From Planctomycetales bacterium (lineage in GTDB: Bacteria > 4484-113): 64,000 bases of DNA. The position numbers and the translations under genes were made by a program. Below are positions 16,994-27,026 of this stretch, one piece after another. The notes under the pieces were generated by a model. That model saw nothing but the letters and a program-made list of their open reading frames with translations, was not told where the DNA came from and ran no database searches. Every line of letters begins with the position of its first letter. The stretch's first letter is position 1. Location of the stretch: assembly GCA_030606285.1 (NCBI GenBank), contig JAUWGS010000005.1, forward strand, positions 2,716 through 66,715, given 5' to 3'.

Positions 16994-19068
16994 TACTGCG
17001 TCCTCTTCTCGCCACCGAACACGCCCAGCGGCGCTTCCGCCACCAGAGGGCGGTCGGTGAAGCCGGTAACGTCGTCCAGGCTAACTCCCTCCTCGCGGAA
17101 GATCCGCTGTATAAGCGTGGAACACGTTTTCCCGCCGCACGCGCCCATACCGACGCGCAGCAGCGATTTGAGCTGGTTCATGTCGCGCACGCCACGGCGG
17201 ATCTCGCGCACAATCTCGCTCTTGCGGACGCGTTCGCAGCGGCAGACAATGGGGTCTTCCTCGTCAGAGATTTCAGCATCCACAGCCACCGTCTCCGGAC
17301 GGATACGGAAGCCCGCGACCTTGAGTTTGTCCGCATCCGGGACTTCAACCATAACCAGCTTGCGCCGGTCGAGGTCGGGATGCTCCCTGAACGCCACAAT
17401 CCTGCCGGAACCGACGATGCCGCCCGTCTGGTCCACGGTCACTACTTCCGAGCCGGGGGGAGCCACAGCAACGTCGAACTCGAAGGGCATCAGCAGCAGC
17501 GCTTTCTCGCCCTGCGCATCGTAGTCGTTGATTACTAAATTAATCGCCAGCCCCGGGCAGATAGCCACGCACTTGCCGCAGCCAATGCACCCGTCGGTAT
17601 AATGGGGCAGTTCCATAATCGAGCCGGGAATCTTTATCAGGTCGCGGGGACAGACCACAGTGCAGGGATCGCAGGGAATCTCCTGGGTGCACCAGATCAT
17701 TGGATAGACACGCGCGGTGACATCCCCGGGAGGTTCGAAATCACCCGTCTCGCCAGGCTTACTTTGCAGTATCTCGGCGAGTGGCTCCCAGTCCTGCGGG
17801 ATATCCACTTCAACGCCGAGATCGCGCAGGATCTGCCGGCCGGCTATGCGCCCGCTGAAGATTGCTGCAGAGGCTTCCGCAATCTCGTCGGCATCGCCCG
17901 CCGCGTAGACGGGTATCCCGTACTGCTTTATCTTCTCGTATAGCTCGTTTATCGGCGCAAGCCCCACGGCGATGAGCAGCGTATCCACGTCAAACGCCTG
18001 CTCAGTCCCGCTGATGGGCTTGAAGTCCTGGTCAATCTGCGAGATGGTCACTCGCTCAACCCGCTCCCGCCCTTCGGCGCGAATGACCGTGTGGCAGGTC
18101 CAAACCGGCACGCCCATCCGCCGCAGCTTGTCGAGATGAACCTTGTACCCGCCGCAGTACGGCAGCGCCTCGACGAGTCCTGCGACATCAATCCCCGCCT
18201 GCAGCGCGTGGTAGGCCGCAATCAGCCCCACATTGCCCCCCCCCACCACGAAAAGCCGGTTAGCAGCGTCAATGCGGTCGCGGTTGACCAGCGTCTGAAA
18301 TGCACCCGCTCCATACACGCCGGGAAGGTCGCAGCCGGGGAAAACGATGTTGTTTTCGCGAGCGCCGCAGGCGACAAGCACTATCTGAGGCGAGATGAGA
18401 TGATACTCGCCGTCCCGCAGCACACCAATTTTTTTGTCGCAGAACGCGCCAAGCGCAGTCGTATTCAGCCAGACCTGCACCGACGGATGCCTGGCAAGCT
18501 CGTCGGATAGCATTTCACCTATCCTGATTCCGCGCGTTCCCGCCCAGCAATCATCCACTGAGCCGAAGAAGTAATGGGTCTGCAGGCTGAGCTTGCCGCC
18601 CAGCTCCGGCTTATCGTCAACCAGTATGCATTCGACGCCGAACCTGCCAAGCTCGATTGCGGCATCAATCCCCGCAGGCCCGCCGCCGATTATCAGCACC
18701 TGCGGCTTATGCTCGGGGATCTCATGGAACTCCACGCGCCGGTCATCCGGCCGAACTGCAGGATAGCCCTCACAGCTCTCGACGACCATTCCTGGGCGTA
18801 CCGGTGTCATACACGCTTTGACCAGAACTCCGTCGGCGATTACCGCGCACTGGGAACACTGGCCGTTTACGCAGTAAATCCCTTGTGCGCCACCATCGCG
18901 CGGATGATGCCCGAAAACGCGGATGCCGTTGGCGAACAGCGCGCTTGAGATAACCTCTCCCTCGCGAGCAAACAGCGTTTCGCCGTTGTACTCAAATGCG
19001 ACGGTTGGCTCCCCGAGAGGATCCAGTATGGGGTGCTTGACCAGGCGATGCTGCCGCACCTTAGCCAT
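16993..19068 (-). CDS. Sarcosine oxidase alpha-like flavoprotein with 2Fe-2S, 4Fe-4S and BFD-like domains
   Basis: GIYCVNGQCSQC, IIGGGPAG, VVGGGNVG, CTQEIPCDPC..CP, CIGCGKCVAICPG, VCRCERV...GMGACGGKTC. Confidence 0.9.
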   Translation of the reverse strand: MAKVRQHRLVKHPILDPLGEPTVAFEYNGETLFAREGEVISSALFANGIRVFGHHPRDGGAQGIYCVNGQCSQCAVIADGVLVKACMTPVRPGMVVESCEGYPAVRPDDRRVEFHEIPEHKPQVLIIGGGPAGIDAAIELGRFGVECILVDDKPELGGKLSLQTHYFFGSVDDCWAGTRGIRIGEMLSDELARHPSVQVWLNTTALGAFCDKKIGVLRDGEYHLISPQIVLVACGARENNIVFPGCDLPGVYGAGAFQTLVNRDRIDAANRLFVVGGGNVGLIAAYHALQAGIDVAGLVEALPYCGGYKVHLDKLRRMGVPVWTCHTVIRAEGRERVERVTISQIDQDFKPISGTEQAFDVDTLLIAVGLAPINELYEKIKQYGIPVYAAGDADEIAEASAAIFSGRIAGRQILRDLGVEVDIPQDWEPLAEILQSKPGETGDFEPPGDVTARVYPMIWCTQEIPCDPCTVVCPRDLIKIPGSIMELPHYTDGCIGCGKCVAICPGLAINLVINDYDAQGEKALLLMPFEFDVAVAPPGSEVVTVDQTGGIVGSGRIVAFREHPDLDRRKLVMVEVPDADKLKVAGFRIRPETVAVDAEISDEEDPIVCRCERVRKSEIVREIRRGVRDMNQLKSLLRVGMGACGGKTCSTLIQRIFREEGVSLDDVTGFTDRPLVAEAPLGVFGGEKRTQ

Positions 19069-21037
19069 TGCCGCCCCCTAAAATGGCGCGACAGGCCAGT
19101 TCGGCAAGCGTCACCGGTTCCGCACAGCCCAGACGCCACGCGCCTTCCCGCTGCAACAGACTCATCTGCAGAAAATCCCCCGGGCATTCACCCAGGAAGT
19201 GCGTCACACCCGGGAGCGCGTCCGCGCCAATAATCCTCTGCTGGAGTGCACTCAACGCATCGTGCGACTGGGTGAAGCTGAACTTCCCCCGGTAAGCTTC
19301 TCTGTTGACGCTATACTCGACCCATTCAACGCCAGGAATCGAAGGCACATCATAACCCGCCGGCACGGCAACACGCAGAACTGGCATCGGTTCCATCTTG
19401 GCGGCTCTCTGAGACAAGTACGTGTCCAGCCACACCACCTCGACGCCCGGCAGATGCGGCGCGAGATACTCTACAACGTCGGGGCAGACGCAGAGCACAC
19501 GCTTTGCGCCGGTCTCCTTGATCGCCAACGCATCGCCAGCAATGGCCGCGTCACTCCCGTGACAGCCCGCTCGTCCGGAGACCACGTCAGCCGGGACGCC
19601 AAGCTCCTGCAAAGCGTTGAGCGCCTGCGCCATCAGTTCTCGAACGTGGTGATGACCCGTTATCGCCGCCGCGAGGTGATCGAATATGGATATCCGATGA
19701 ACGTATATCAGCGTCTCCGCATCCGCAGCTACCGGCAGCCCCGCTTTCCAGGTGGTGAGATCGGGTGTTACCCCGCTCTCGCAGAGAGCCACCAGCTGCC
19801 TGGCAAGAAGGTCGAATCCCCCCTCCTCAATTGCATAACCTGTTTTGTCACCCAGCGGATTCACGTCGTATGAAGCCGCCAGCGCGCTGCGAACCAGCTC
19901 GGCAGGCCCCTCGTGCCCGGCATCGGGATGACGCACTTCAAAGCGGTCTTCGCCAAATCGCATCAGACCAGCCAGGCTCTGAGCGAGTTCGGCCCTGCCT
20001 CTTGCCTGCGCTTCCCCGGCACCGAAGTAGCAGCTTCCCGGATCACGGCAGATAAGCAGCACCTTCTGTGCGCCAGCCAATAGCGCAGCCATCAGCATCG
20101 GCAGGCTGGCGCGGCCAATGCACGGAAGCTCTATCACCTTCTCCCGCAGGTCATCCGGCAAGGGCGACCGCGGGCAGGTCACAATTACCACGTGGGGCTC
20201 GGCGGTCGCCAGCTCAAGAATGCGCTCCAGTAGCTCAGCCTCAGAATAAATCTCCTGCTGGATGGCGGCTGTCGGGCAGGCGGCTATGCAGCTTCCACAA
20301 CCCTGACAGTAGTCTTTCTCAATGGACGATGTGCTCGTACCGCCGACAAACAGCTTCACCTGGGCAACGTCAAAGTTGCAGGCTTCTTCACACAGGCCGC
20401 ATGCTCTGCACAGCTCCGAATTGACCGTGCAGTACGGTATCGAGAAGTCCTGGTCCCAAATACTCCAGCGCCCCTTTTCCCTGATGAATTCTATGCATCC
20501 GGTGGGGCAGACAAGGGCGCAGGCACCACAGCCGACGCAGTCTTCTGCCGGCTCAGGAGGCGACACTTCACGGTCCGCGCCCCGATTCCGGTGTCCAAGT
20601 ACTCCCGTGGACAGGTCTTCGCAAACGCGCACACACAGGCCGCACAGGATGCAATCGCTCGGCTCACTGACAGGCTCAATGGTCGCCTTGTCGAGGCCGG
20701 CGTACCTGCGTGCCACGTCGCGCACGACGCTGCTTTCGGGGCACCTTGCCAGCAGCATATCCAGCAGTTCGCGCCGGGTTTCCAGCACTCTCGGCGCGTT
20801 CGTTGAGACTTCCAGCCCTTCCCTCACCGGGTAGTCGCACGAGGTTACGATGCGGGTGTATCCCTGCCACTCGGGATGCGTCACTTCCACAATACAAAGG
20901 CGGCACGCGCCATAAGGTTCCAGTGAGGGGTGGTCGCAGAGGGCGGGAATGTCCAAGCCAAGCTCGCGAATGGACTCCAGGATGTAGCTGCCCGCAGGTG
21001 CTTGTACGGCGCGACCGTTGATCTTGAAGGTAACCAT
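19061..21037 (-). CDS. Multi-Fe-S protein: 2Fe-2S, four 4Fe-4S motifs, MvhD/FlpD-like domain and degenerate CCG-like tail
   Basis: LCDH....GACRLC..TSC; CILCGLC, CVGCGAC, CRACGLC, CQGCGSC; TC...ELPCIGR...IC..GSCYF. Confidence 0.8.
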   Translation of the reverse strand: MVTFKINGRAVQAPAGSYILESIRELGLDIPALCDHPSLEPYGACRLCIVEVTHPEWQGYTRIVTSCDYPVREGLEVSTNAPRVLETRRELLDMLLARCPESSVVRDVARRYAGLDKATIEPVSEPSDCILCGLCVRVCEDLSTGVLGHRNRGADREVSPPEPAEDCVGCGACALVCPTGCIEFIREKGRWSIWDQDFSIPYCTVNSELCRACGLCEEACNFDVAQVKLFVGGTSTSSIEKDYCQGCGSCIAACPTAAIQQEIYSEAELLERILELATAEPHVVIVTCPRSPLPDDLREKVIELPCIGRASLPMLMAALLAGAQKVLLICRDPGSCYFGAGEAQARGRAELAQSLAGLMRFGEDRFEVRHPDAGHEGPAELVRSALAASYDVNPLGDKTGYAIEEGGFDLLARQLVALCESGVTPDLTTWKAGLPVAADAETLIYVHRISIFDHLAAAITGHHHVRELMAQALNALQELGVPADVVSGRAGCHGSDAAIAGDALAIKETGAKRVLCVCPDVVEYLAPHLPGVEVVWLDTYLSQRAAKMEPMPVLRVAVPAGYDVPSIPGVEWVEYSVNREAYRGKFSFTQSHDALSALQQRIIGADALPGVTHFLGECPGDFLQMSLLQREGAWRLGCAEPVTLAELACRAILGGGNG

Positions 21038-21099
21038 GAACAGCAGTGAAACCGTTCACATTATAGTTCACCACCGGCGCTAGTCAACGCGGTTGGCGG

Positions 21100-21292
21100 G
21101 TAGATAGCGAGTAGCGAGTAGCGAGGAAGAGGGCTTGTAGGGGCGATTCACGAATCGCCCTTCCTGTCGGGTAGCGCCGGCTATCTAGCCGGCGATCCTT
21201 AAGGTCATCCCCGCTATGGCGGGGCTGAGCCCTAAATTACCGGACGCGCGGCACGCCGTGCCCGCTGTAGGGCGGTCACCCGTGGGCCGCCG
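21100..21292. repeat. REP-like cluster with TAGCGAG heptamers
   Basis: TAGCGAG x3; GTAGGGGCGATTCACGAATCGCCC at 21137-21160; GGTAGCGCCGGCTATCTAGCCGGC; GTAGGGCGGTCACCCGTGGGCCGCC. Confidence 0.85.
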
Positions 21293-21305
21293 TTGCATCA
21301 TCATC

Positions 21306-21686
21306 TTACTGACATTCGTGATTTGCCACGAGAAAAAGGACCGTTACGAGGGACATCATACGCCCCCAGCGGTCGCTGTGCTCAGGCTCGTGCGCCACGG
21401 TCCATGCGTAGTTGAAGAGTTCCAGCATAGATTCCTTACTATCACTCTCTCGTACATATTCCACAAGATCGAAGTAAGCCTTGCTTTGCGGTTTCGCGGC
21501 GACTTTCATAAGGTCCTCTGCGATGAAAGGCATCAACTCGCGTAGGTAAGAACTTTTAGCGGTGTAACCAGGACGGTAGGCGACATCCCAAGCAGCCTTG
21601 AGTATTTTTTTGGCTGCCTCGAACGCCTCAGCAGGCTTCTCCAGCCCCATCTTAGCGAGGTCCAGTACTTCTATGTAAATAGCCAT
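21306..21686 (-). CDS. Hypothetical helical protein
   Basis: GAGGAG RBS; 126 aa; internal repeat AWDVAYRP / AWTVAHEP. Confidence 0.7.
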   Translation of the reverse strand: MAIYIEVLDLAKMGLEKPAEAFEAAKKILKAAWDVAYRPGYTAKSSYLRELMPFIAEDLMKVAAKPQSKAYFDLVEYVRESDSKESMLELFNYAWTVAHEPEHSDRWGRMMSLVTVLFLVANHECQ

Positions 21687-21743
21687 GTTTTTCTCCTCAT
21701 ACTTCAGCAGAATGCGAGATTACACCGTCTCGGTACGACTCCT

Positions 21744-24542
21744 CTAGTAATACCAAGCGAACTTGATATCGTTGTTCGAGTCGTCAAAGTAACCTATCGC
21801 TGGTCTGCCATTCAGCTCGATAAGGGATGTGCACATTCCTTTATTATAATCAACCCACACTGGTGGCCGCCATTCTACGCCCTCGGAATCTGCGGCTGCT
21901 ACGAAACCCAGGACGGCATGCAAGTCGGCATAGCTGACACATGGAATGCCATTCACCACTGCTAGTGAGGACCATCCTCCCCCTGCATCGCTTGCGATTA
22001 CAGGAACGGCCCACGCTGAGCCATTCTCGTCGAGAGATCGTACATATTTTAGGCAACGGCTCTCATAAGTACCTATGTAACAGACAGCCGGATTACCGCA
22101 AACAAGCGTAAGACTAGGTTGCATGCCTGTATCCCCTTCATTGTCGACTATTATTGATTCGCCCCACATCGAACCATCCACGTCAAGAGCCCGCGTGTAT
22201 CTGAGTCTGCCATTCTCAGAGCCTATTCTCTCGTGGTAACTGATAGCGGGATTGCCGTTGACAACTGCAAGCGAACAACTCCATGGCGAGTTGCCAGCAA
22301 CGATCTGCGGTTCACCCCATAAGTCACCATCTTGGTCTTGAGCCCGGACATACTTGACCTCCCAGTTGTTCCAGTCTGTGTAACAGATAGCTGGGTTTCC
22401 ATTTACAGCGCAAAGAGAAACACTGGTAACACTCGTTCCTGGAGTATTGTCGACCGTAACAGGATCGCCCCAGGCATCGCCACTGGCGTCGATCGCCCGT
22501 ACATAATTGAGTGCGTAGTATCCTCCGTAGCCAATAGCAGGTTTGCCGTTGATGACAGTGAGCGATGGGTAGTAATAGCTACCGGGGGCGACCGTTATTG
22601 GTTCATTCCAGGCTGTTCCCTGTGCATTCGTCGACCGCACGAATGTCAAGTCGTGCCCTTGGACGTAGCTGATGGCGGGATTGCCGTTGACCAGTGACAG
22701 ACTGACCGGTGACGGAATGGTACTCCCCCCAATGTCATCAACAATTACAAGATGCCAGCCTCCTACATGGAATGGGAATGCGTACGTATCGCTGCCAAAA
22801 AGGTCGGTTACGGTGATCGAAACTTCATAATCTCCCATATCTAGCATAAGAACTGTTGGCTGTTCTTCATTGCTTTCGTTCGGTTCGGCAGCACCGCCGA
22901 AATTCCACTCGTATTCAAAAGGTGGTGTTCCATTGACTTCAGCTTCGAACGTAGTCTCGATACCCGTTTCGCCTTCTGCGGGTGTCACTCCCACGATCTC
23001 CGGCAGGTTTCCGCATTGTAGCATGAAGTCGTATTCATCGCTGCCATATTCGTTTGTCAGAGTTAGCGATGCGTTGTATTCACCGACTTCTCCAAGGACA
23101 ACTTCAGGGCTGACTTCACTACTGTTGTTTGGGTCCGCTCCCCCGCCGAAGTCCCACTCGTATGTGAGAGGTTCATCACCTAGGACCATCGCTGCGAAAA
23201 CCACGGCGTGACCTGTCGCTCCGACTGTAGGCGTTACGTGCCAAATGTGAGGGACGCCCACGAGTAGAGTGAAGTCGAAGGTATCAACGCCATAATCGTT
23301 GCTAATGGTCACTGATGCTGCGTATTTGCCACCAGGACCAAGGATCACCTGAGGTTGCGGATTATCTGATGTGTTTGGCGTTGCGCCACCCCCGAAGTCC
23401 CACGAGTAAGTGAATGGCTGGGTGCCATAAGCCACCGCCACGAAGCTCACAACATTGCCAGGTGAGCCATGCTGCGGGCCTACTCCGACTATATCCGGAG
23501 GCAGACCTACCGTAAGTGTGAAATCGTATTCATCCAGGCCAAAATTGTTCGCTACTGTCAGAATTGCATCGTAGTTCCCAACGTCGCCTAGCGTCACTAT
23601 GGGAGTTTCCTCGTTACTTGTGCCAGGCTCAGCACCGCCACCGAAATCCCATGCGTAAACAAGTGGCCGTGCCCCAGTAACTACCGCAACGATGGTTAGT
23701 TCGCTCCCGGTGGCTCCTGTGATAGGCGCAATTGATATAACCGAAGGGGGCTCGGTTGCCGAGATAACGTTGGATGGAATCCCCTCTGCGCCTTCGCTGT
23801 CGTATGAAACCACTTGGTAATACTCGTATTCAAGCCCGCTAAGATCGTAGGTAAAATGCTTCCGTTCAGTGGGAACCATCACATTGTAGTCAACCGTGTC
23901 CACTTCCGTGAAAGGACCTTCCACCGTATCAGCGCCTTCGATGCGGTACCCCGCGCAGTCTACCCCATAGTTCATCGCAATGGGAGTGATATCCGCGATG
24001 TCCACAACGCCATTCCCGCTGCCGTCGATGACGGCGAGGAGGCAGTTTACGTCCTCAATGTCGTAGGTTTCGCCGTAGTGCATCGCGATGGGTGTAATGT
24101 CCGAGATACCGATGGTGCCGTTCTGGTCGTAGTCGCCTGCGTTCTGGTAGTGCCAGGAGAGCGTGTAGTTTCCGCCGCCGTTATCGGTGATTGCGAGGTC
24201 GGTGACCCGGTTGGCATCGCCGGTGGGGGGAGTGGAGACGAGCTTCGCAGGGGTTAGGGATGAGGGATTAGGGGTTAGAGGGGAGAAGCGTTGATCAAGC
24301 GCTTCGCGCAGGGCGGACTTCAGTTCTGCGAACAGCTCTGCATCAACACCGTCGGGAGTTTCCAGCGCGGCGAGTTCGGCGAGGGTGGAGTCGAGGGACG
24401 GGTCAATTACCGCCTGGAAAGGCGGGTAAACCTGGTCAGGCGGCGCTACCCGGTGGGAACCGCCGCATGTGCTCAGCGCGAGCGCGAACGCGATGGTAAC
24501 GACTGTGAGTGCAATCACCCGAAGGATGCTGCTGAACCTCAT
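21744..24542 (-). CDS. Surface lipoprotein: conserved N-domain, dockerin-like Ca-binding repeats, 4 PKD domains, 7-bladed propeller
   Basis: LALSTCGG lipobox-like; GDYDQNGTIGISDITPI and DGSGNGVVDIADITPI; 4x Y.W(D/N)FGG; seven NG.PAI.Y repeats; AAGGAGG RBS. Confidence 0.88.
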   Translation of the reverse strand: MRFSSILRVIALTVVTIAFALALSTCGGSHRVAPPDQVYPPFQAVIDPSLDSTLAELAALETPDGVDAELFAELKSALREALDQRFSPLTPNPSSLTPAKLVSTPPTGDANRVTDLAITDNGGGNYTLSWHYQNAGDYDQNGTIGISDITPIAMHYGETYDIEDVNCLLAVIDGSGNGVVDIADITPIAMNYGVDCAGYRIEGADTVEGPFTEVDTVDYNVMVPTERKHFTYDLSGLEYEYYQVVSYDSEGAEGIPSNVISATEPPSVISIAPITGATGSELTIVAVVTGARPLVYAWDFGGGAEPGTSNEETPIVTLGDVGNYDAILTVANNFGLDEYDFTLTVGLPPDIVGVGPQHGSPGNVVSFVAVAYGTQPFTYSWDFGGGATPNTSDNPQPQVILGPGGKYAASVTISNDYGVDTFDFTLLVGVPHIWHVTPTVGATGHAVVFAAMVLGDEPLTYEWDFGGGADPNNSSEVSPEVVLGEVGEYNASLTLTNEYGSDEYDFMLQCGNLPEIVGVTPAEGETGIETTFEAEVNGTPPFEYEWNFGGAAEPNESNEEQPTVLMLDMGDYEVSITVTDLFGSDTYAFPFHVGGWHLVIVDDIGGSTIPSPVSLSLVNGNPAISYVQGHDLTFVRSTNAQGTAWNEPITVAPGSYYYPSLTVINGKPAIGYGGYYALNYVRAIDASGDAWGDPVTVDNTPGTSVTSVSLCAVNGNPAICYTDWNNWEVKYVRAQDQDGDLWGEPQIVAGNSPWSCSLAVVNGNPAISYHERIGSENGRLRYTRALDVDGSMWGESIIVDNEGDTGMQPSLTLVCGNPAVCYIGTYESRCLKYVRSLDENGSAWAVPVIASDAGGGWSSLAVVNGIPCVSYADLHAVLGFVAAADSEGVEWRPPVWVDYNKGMCTSLIELNGRPAIGYFDDSNNDIKFAWYY

Positions 24543-24613
24543 TTCGGCACCTCCTTGCTGACCGGGGGCTCATACTGCCCGCCCCCCAGCAGGCTGCGAC
24601 TATTGTAGCATTT
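24543..24613 (-). promoter_or_regulatory. Conserved extended -10 promoter plus leader motif, copy 2
   Basis: AAATGCTACAATAGTCGCAGCCTGCTGGGGGGCGGGCAGTATGAGCCCCCGG...AAGGAGG on the minus strand. Confidence 0.7.
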
Positions 24614-24615
24614 CT

Positions 24616-24810
24616 GTAGGGGCACGGCATGCCGTGCCCTTTGTAGGGCGGGGACCTGTGCCCCGCCGCTCCTCCATACCGGTTTCAAGACGGCGGCCCA
24701 CGGGCTTCGGCCGTGAGCTCAGCCGAACGGTGGCCGCCCTACAGAAAGAGGGCGATTCGTGAATCGCCCCTACAAAAGATGGCGGGGCGCGCTTCGGCTA
24801 CGCTCAGCAT
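24616..24810. repeat. REP-like cluster including a nested element
   Basis: GTAGGGGCACGGCATGCCGTGCCC; GTAGGGCGGGGACCTGTGCCCCGCC; interrupted copy at 24692-24742; GGGCGATTCGTGAATCGCCCCTAC at 24750-24773. Confidence 0.85.
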
Positions 24811-24920
24811 CTGCGACGGAGCCATCCAATCAGGCGCAAAGGCCCGCAATTGTCAAGGCAGATGGTTTCTGGTAAGATAATCGGGTATTCTGTAAGCCAC
24901 TCTTTCAAGGAGAGGGACCC

Positions 24921-25802
24921 ATGAGATTCTTTGGGATAATCCTCATCAGCTTTGCGTTGCTGGCCACACCGGTTATGGCCCAGGGCTTGACGGCCGACGA
25001 TCTCCGACCGCCCATTCCGTCGCGGACTATGCTGTCCCTGGATAAGTTCGTGTCGTGCTATCCCGGTCAGAGAATGACCTTGTTCCAGGACAGCCGGTTC
25101 GGTTACGAACTCACAGCCTATGTGCTTACCCGGAAACTGGTAAAGGAGCACATACAGAAAGTCATCGACCAGTACAACATAACCGATCCCGACGCGGTTG
25201 AAGACCTGATTAACTCCTATCTCGATATGACGCCCCAGGAGCGAGAAGTATTGGTCTTCCTGTTCTTCACCGCGCCGAACATATCCAACCGCTACTTCAT
25301 CAACCACCTGGAGGGGTTGGAGAACACCGTGTATCTGGAATACGGCTCCTCGCCGGTACAGAAGCACGTGATGAAAGCCCGTGATGCTATGAAGAAGGAG
25401 CGCCGGGACTACCCAACCAAGTACGAGATGGTCTACGACGAGGGCACGCGTCCGCTGTTTGTTGACCTGGACCAGGACTACCTCTACTACCCGGAGAGAG
25501 TAGTGCTCGAAGACCAGGGCTGGGACGCAATGAACAAGGCGTACCGGTGGGCGTTCGCTTTCAACTTCACGGACGAGGATATCGCCCGCATCGAGGAGTT
25601 CATACTCAACGACATTGACGTGGAGTTCTCGCTGGTGCTCAGCGATCCTGAGTTCTTCAAGTACATGGGCCTCCGGCCGCATATGAAGTACCAGATACTG
25701 AAGCTCGTGGATCCCGAGTTCGTGGACTTCATGGAAGCCATCGAGGCAATGAGTCCTCCCAAAGAGCGGATCAAGCTGAACCGCAACCTGTGGATTCGCT
25801 AG
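24921..25802 (+). CDS. Hypothetical secreted protein
   Basis: Signal peptide MRFFGIILISFALLATPVMA; AAGGAG RBS; coding-like third-position GC. Confidence 0.8.
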   Translation: MRFFGIILISFALLATPVMAQGLTADDLRPPIPSRTMLSLDKFVSCYPGQRMTLFQDSRFGYELTAYVLTRKLVKEHIQKVIDQYNITDPDAVEDLINSYLDMTPQEREVLVFLFFTAPNISNRYFINHLEGLENTVYLEYGSSPVQKHVMKARDAMKKERRDYPTKYEMVYDEGTRPLFVDLDQDYLYYPERVVLEDQGWDAMNKAYRWAFAFNFTDEDIARIEEFILNDIDVEFSLVLSDPEFFKYMGLRPHMKYQILKLVDPEFVDFMEAIEAMSPPKERIKLNRNLWIR

Positions 25803-25826
25803 CCTTCTCACACCAAACTGCACACC

Positions 25827-25862
25827 CAAAGACACCGCACGTCAGCGGTGTCTTTGCTTTTC
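25827..25862 (+). terminator. Intrinsic terminator
   Basis: CAAAGACACCGC-ACGTCA-GCGGTGTCTTTG followed by CTTTT. Confidence 0.7.
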
Positions 25863-25933
25863 TGCGCTGGAAACTGGAGTTCTGATAGAATACAGGTGAC
25901 TGGCCTAAGTAACGAATCTGAGGTGTACGTACA

Positions 25934-26323
25934 ATGAGATTATTGCTGCACATTCTGGCTATTCTGGCTGTTATGTTGGTCGTGCTCGGGACTTCAGCCT
26001 GCAAGCTGACTCCTGAGTCGCAACGCACCGTCGAAGAGAAACTCTCAGTGCCCGGGCTGGAGGAATCGCTCATAGTCCGAGATAGGGCAATAGCGGCCGC
26101 GGTTGTCGTGTCGCTCCACGCCGATGTGGAGCTTGCGCAGAACAAGCTGGAAGTCGAATGCCGCAGCGGGAAGGTCATTCTGCGCGGGAAAGTGCCCTCG
26201 GAAAAGCTGAAGGAACGGGCAGAGAAACTGGCGCGAGCCCAGAAGGGCGTACGGGACGTACTCAATGAGATAGAGGTGGACGAATCGCTGGTGGACAGCC
26301 GCATTTCGCTCGACGATTTCTGA
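25934..26323 (+). CDS. BON-domain lipoprotein
   Basis: Lipobox TSAC; D..I...V...L, G.V.LRG.V.S.....AEKLA....GV..V.N.I.V. Confidence 0.88.
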   Translation: MRLLLHILAILAVMLVVLGTSACKLTPESQRTVEEKLSVPGLEESLIVRDRAIAAAVVVSLHADVELAQNKLEVECRSGKVILRGKVPSEKLKERAEKLARAQKGVRDVLNEIEVDESLVDSRISLDDF

Positions 26324-26338
26324 TATCAGGAGGATTCC

Positions 26339-26995
26339 ATGAGGCTACTTGCGATCTGGATTGCGGTCTTCACGATGGCTGCGTTTACACTGGCATGCAA
26401 TCCCCAGGCCGATACAGAAGATGAGACGCCTTTGCCTGCAACAACCGGCTTGACGCCAGACGACCAGGCTGCCGAGGTTACTCCTGTTGAAGTACCTGTC
26501 GAAGAAGGCACCGAACAGTCGGCAGATGAAGATGAAACCGCAGGGAGAGACATCTCTAATCTGCCCACGAAAATTGAAGTAGGAAACCAGCTACCGACAT
26601 TCTCTTTCGCGACGATTGACGAGAAGCAACACTCTATTGAGGAGTTTGTCGGGAAGCCGCTGATCCTCAACTTCTGGGGCATAAGCTGCCCGCCCTGTCG
26701 CAAGGAACTCCCCGAGTTGGTCAAATTCTACAAGAAGTACAAAAGACAGGGCCTCGAGATCATCACTTTGAACTTAGACTCATCGCTTCACGATCAGCGC
26801 AAGTTCCTGGAGCACCAGGAGATGCCCTGGGTCGTCGGCTACGACCAAGCACAGTTGTTCCGGAAATGGAACTACCGGTTCATCCCGACGAGCATCCTTG
26901 TAAACCCGAGTGGCACAGTCATAGACGAGCACATCGGTATGATGGACAAAGCAGTGCTAGAGGAAAAGAAGGGAGACCTTTTCGGCGAGAGCTAG
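26339..26995 (+). CDS. TlpA/ResA-family thiol-disulfide oxidoreductase lipoprotein
   Basis: LAC lipobox; LNFWGISCPPCRKELP; IPTS cis-Pro motif. Confidence 0.92.
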   Translation: MRLLAIWIAVFTMAAFTLACNPQADTEDETPLPATTGLTPDDQAAEVTPVEVPVEEGTEQSADEDETAGRDISNLPTKIEVGNQLPTFSFATIDEKQHSIEEFVGKPLILNFWGISCPPCRKELPELVKFYKKYKRQGLEIITLNLDSSLHDQRKFLEHQEMPWVVGYDQAQLFRKWNYRFIPTSILVNPSGTVIDEHIGMMDKAVLEEKKGDLFGES

Positions 26996-27026
26996 CATAG
27001 CGGTAGTTGAGCGGAATCTGTGGCGC

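Noticed and set aside
15830..21037. Selenocysteine read-through in the redox operon
   Set aside because: The ORFs appear complete with Cys at the expected positions; no interrupting in-frame TGA was noticed
24804..25835. 343-aa antisense ORF
   Set aside because: Shadow of the plus-strand gene, which has RBS, signal peptide and terminator
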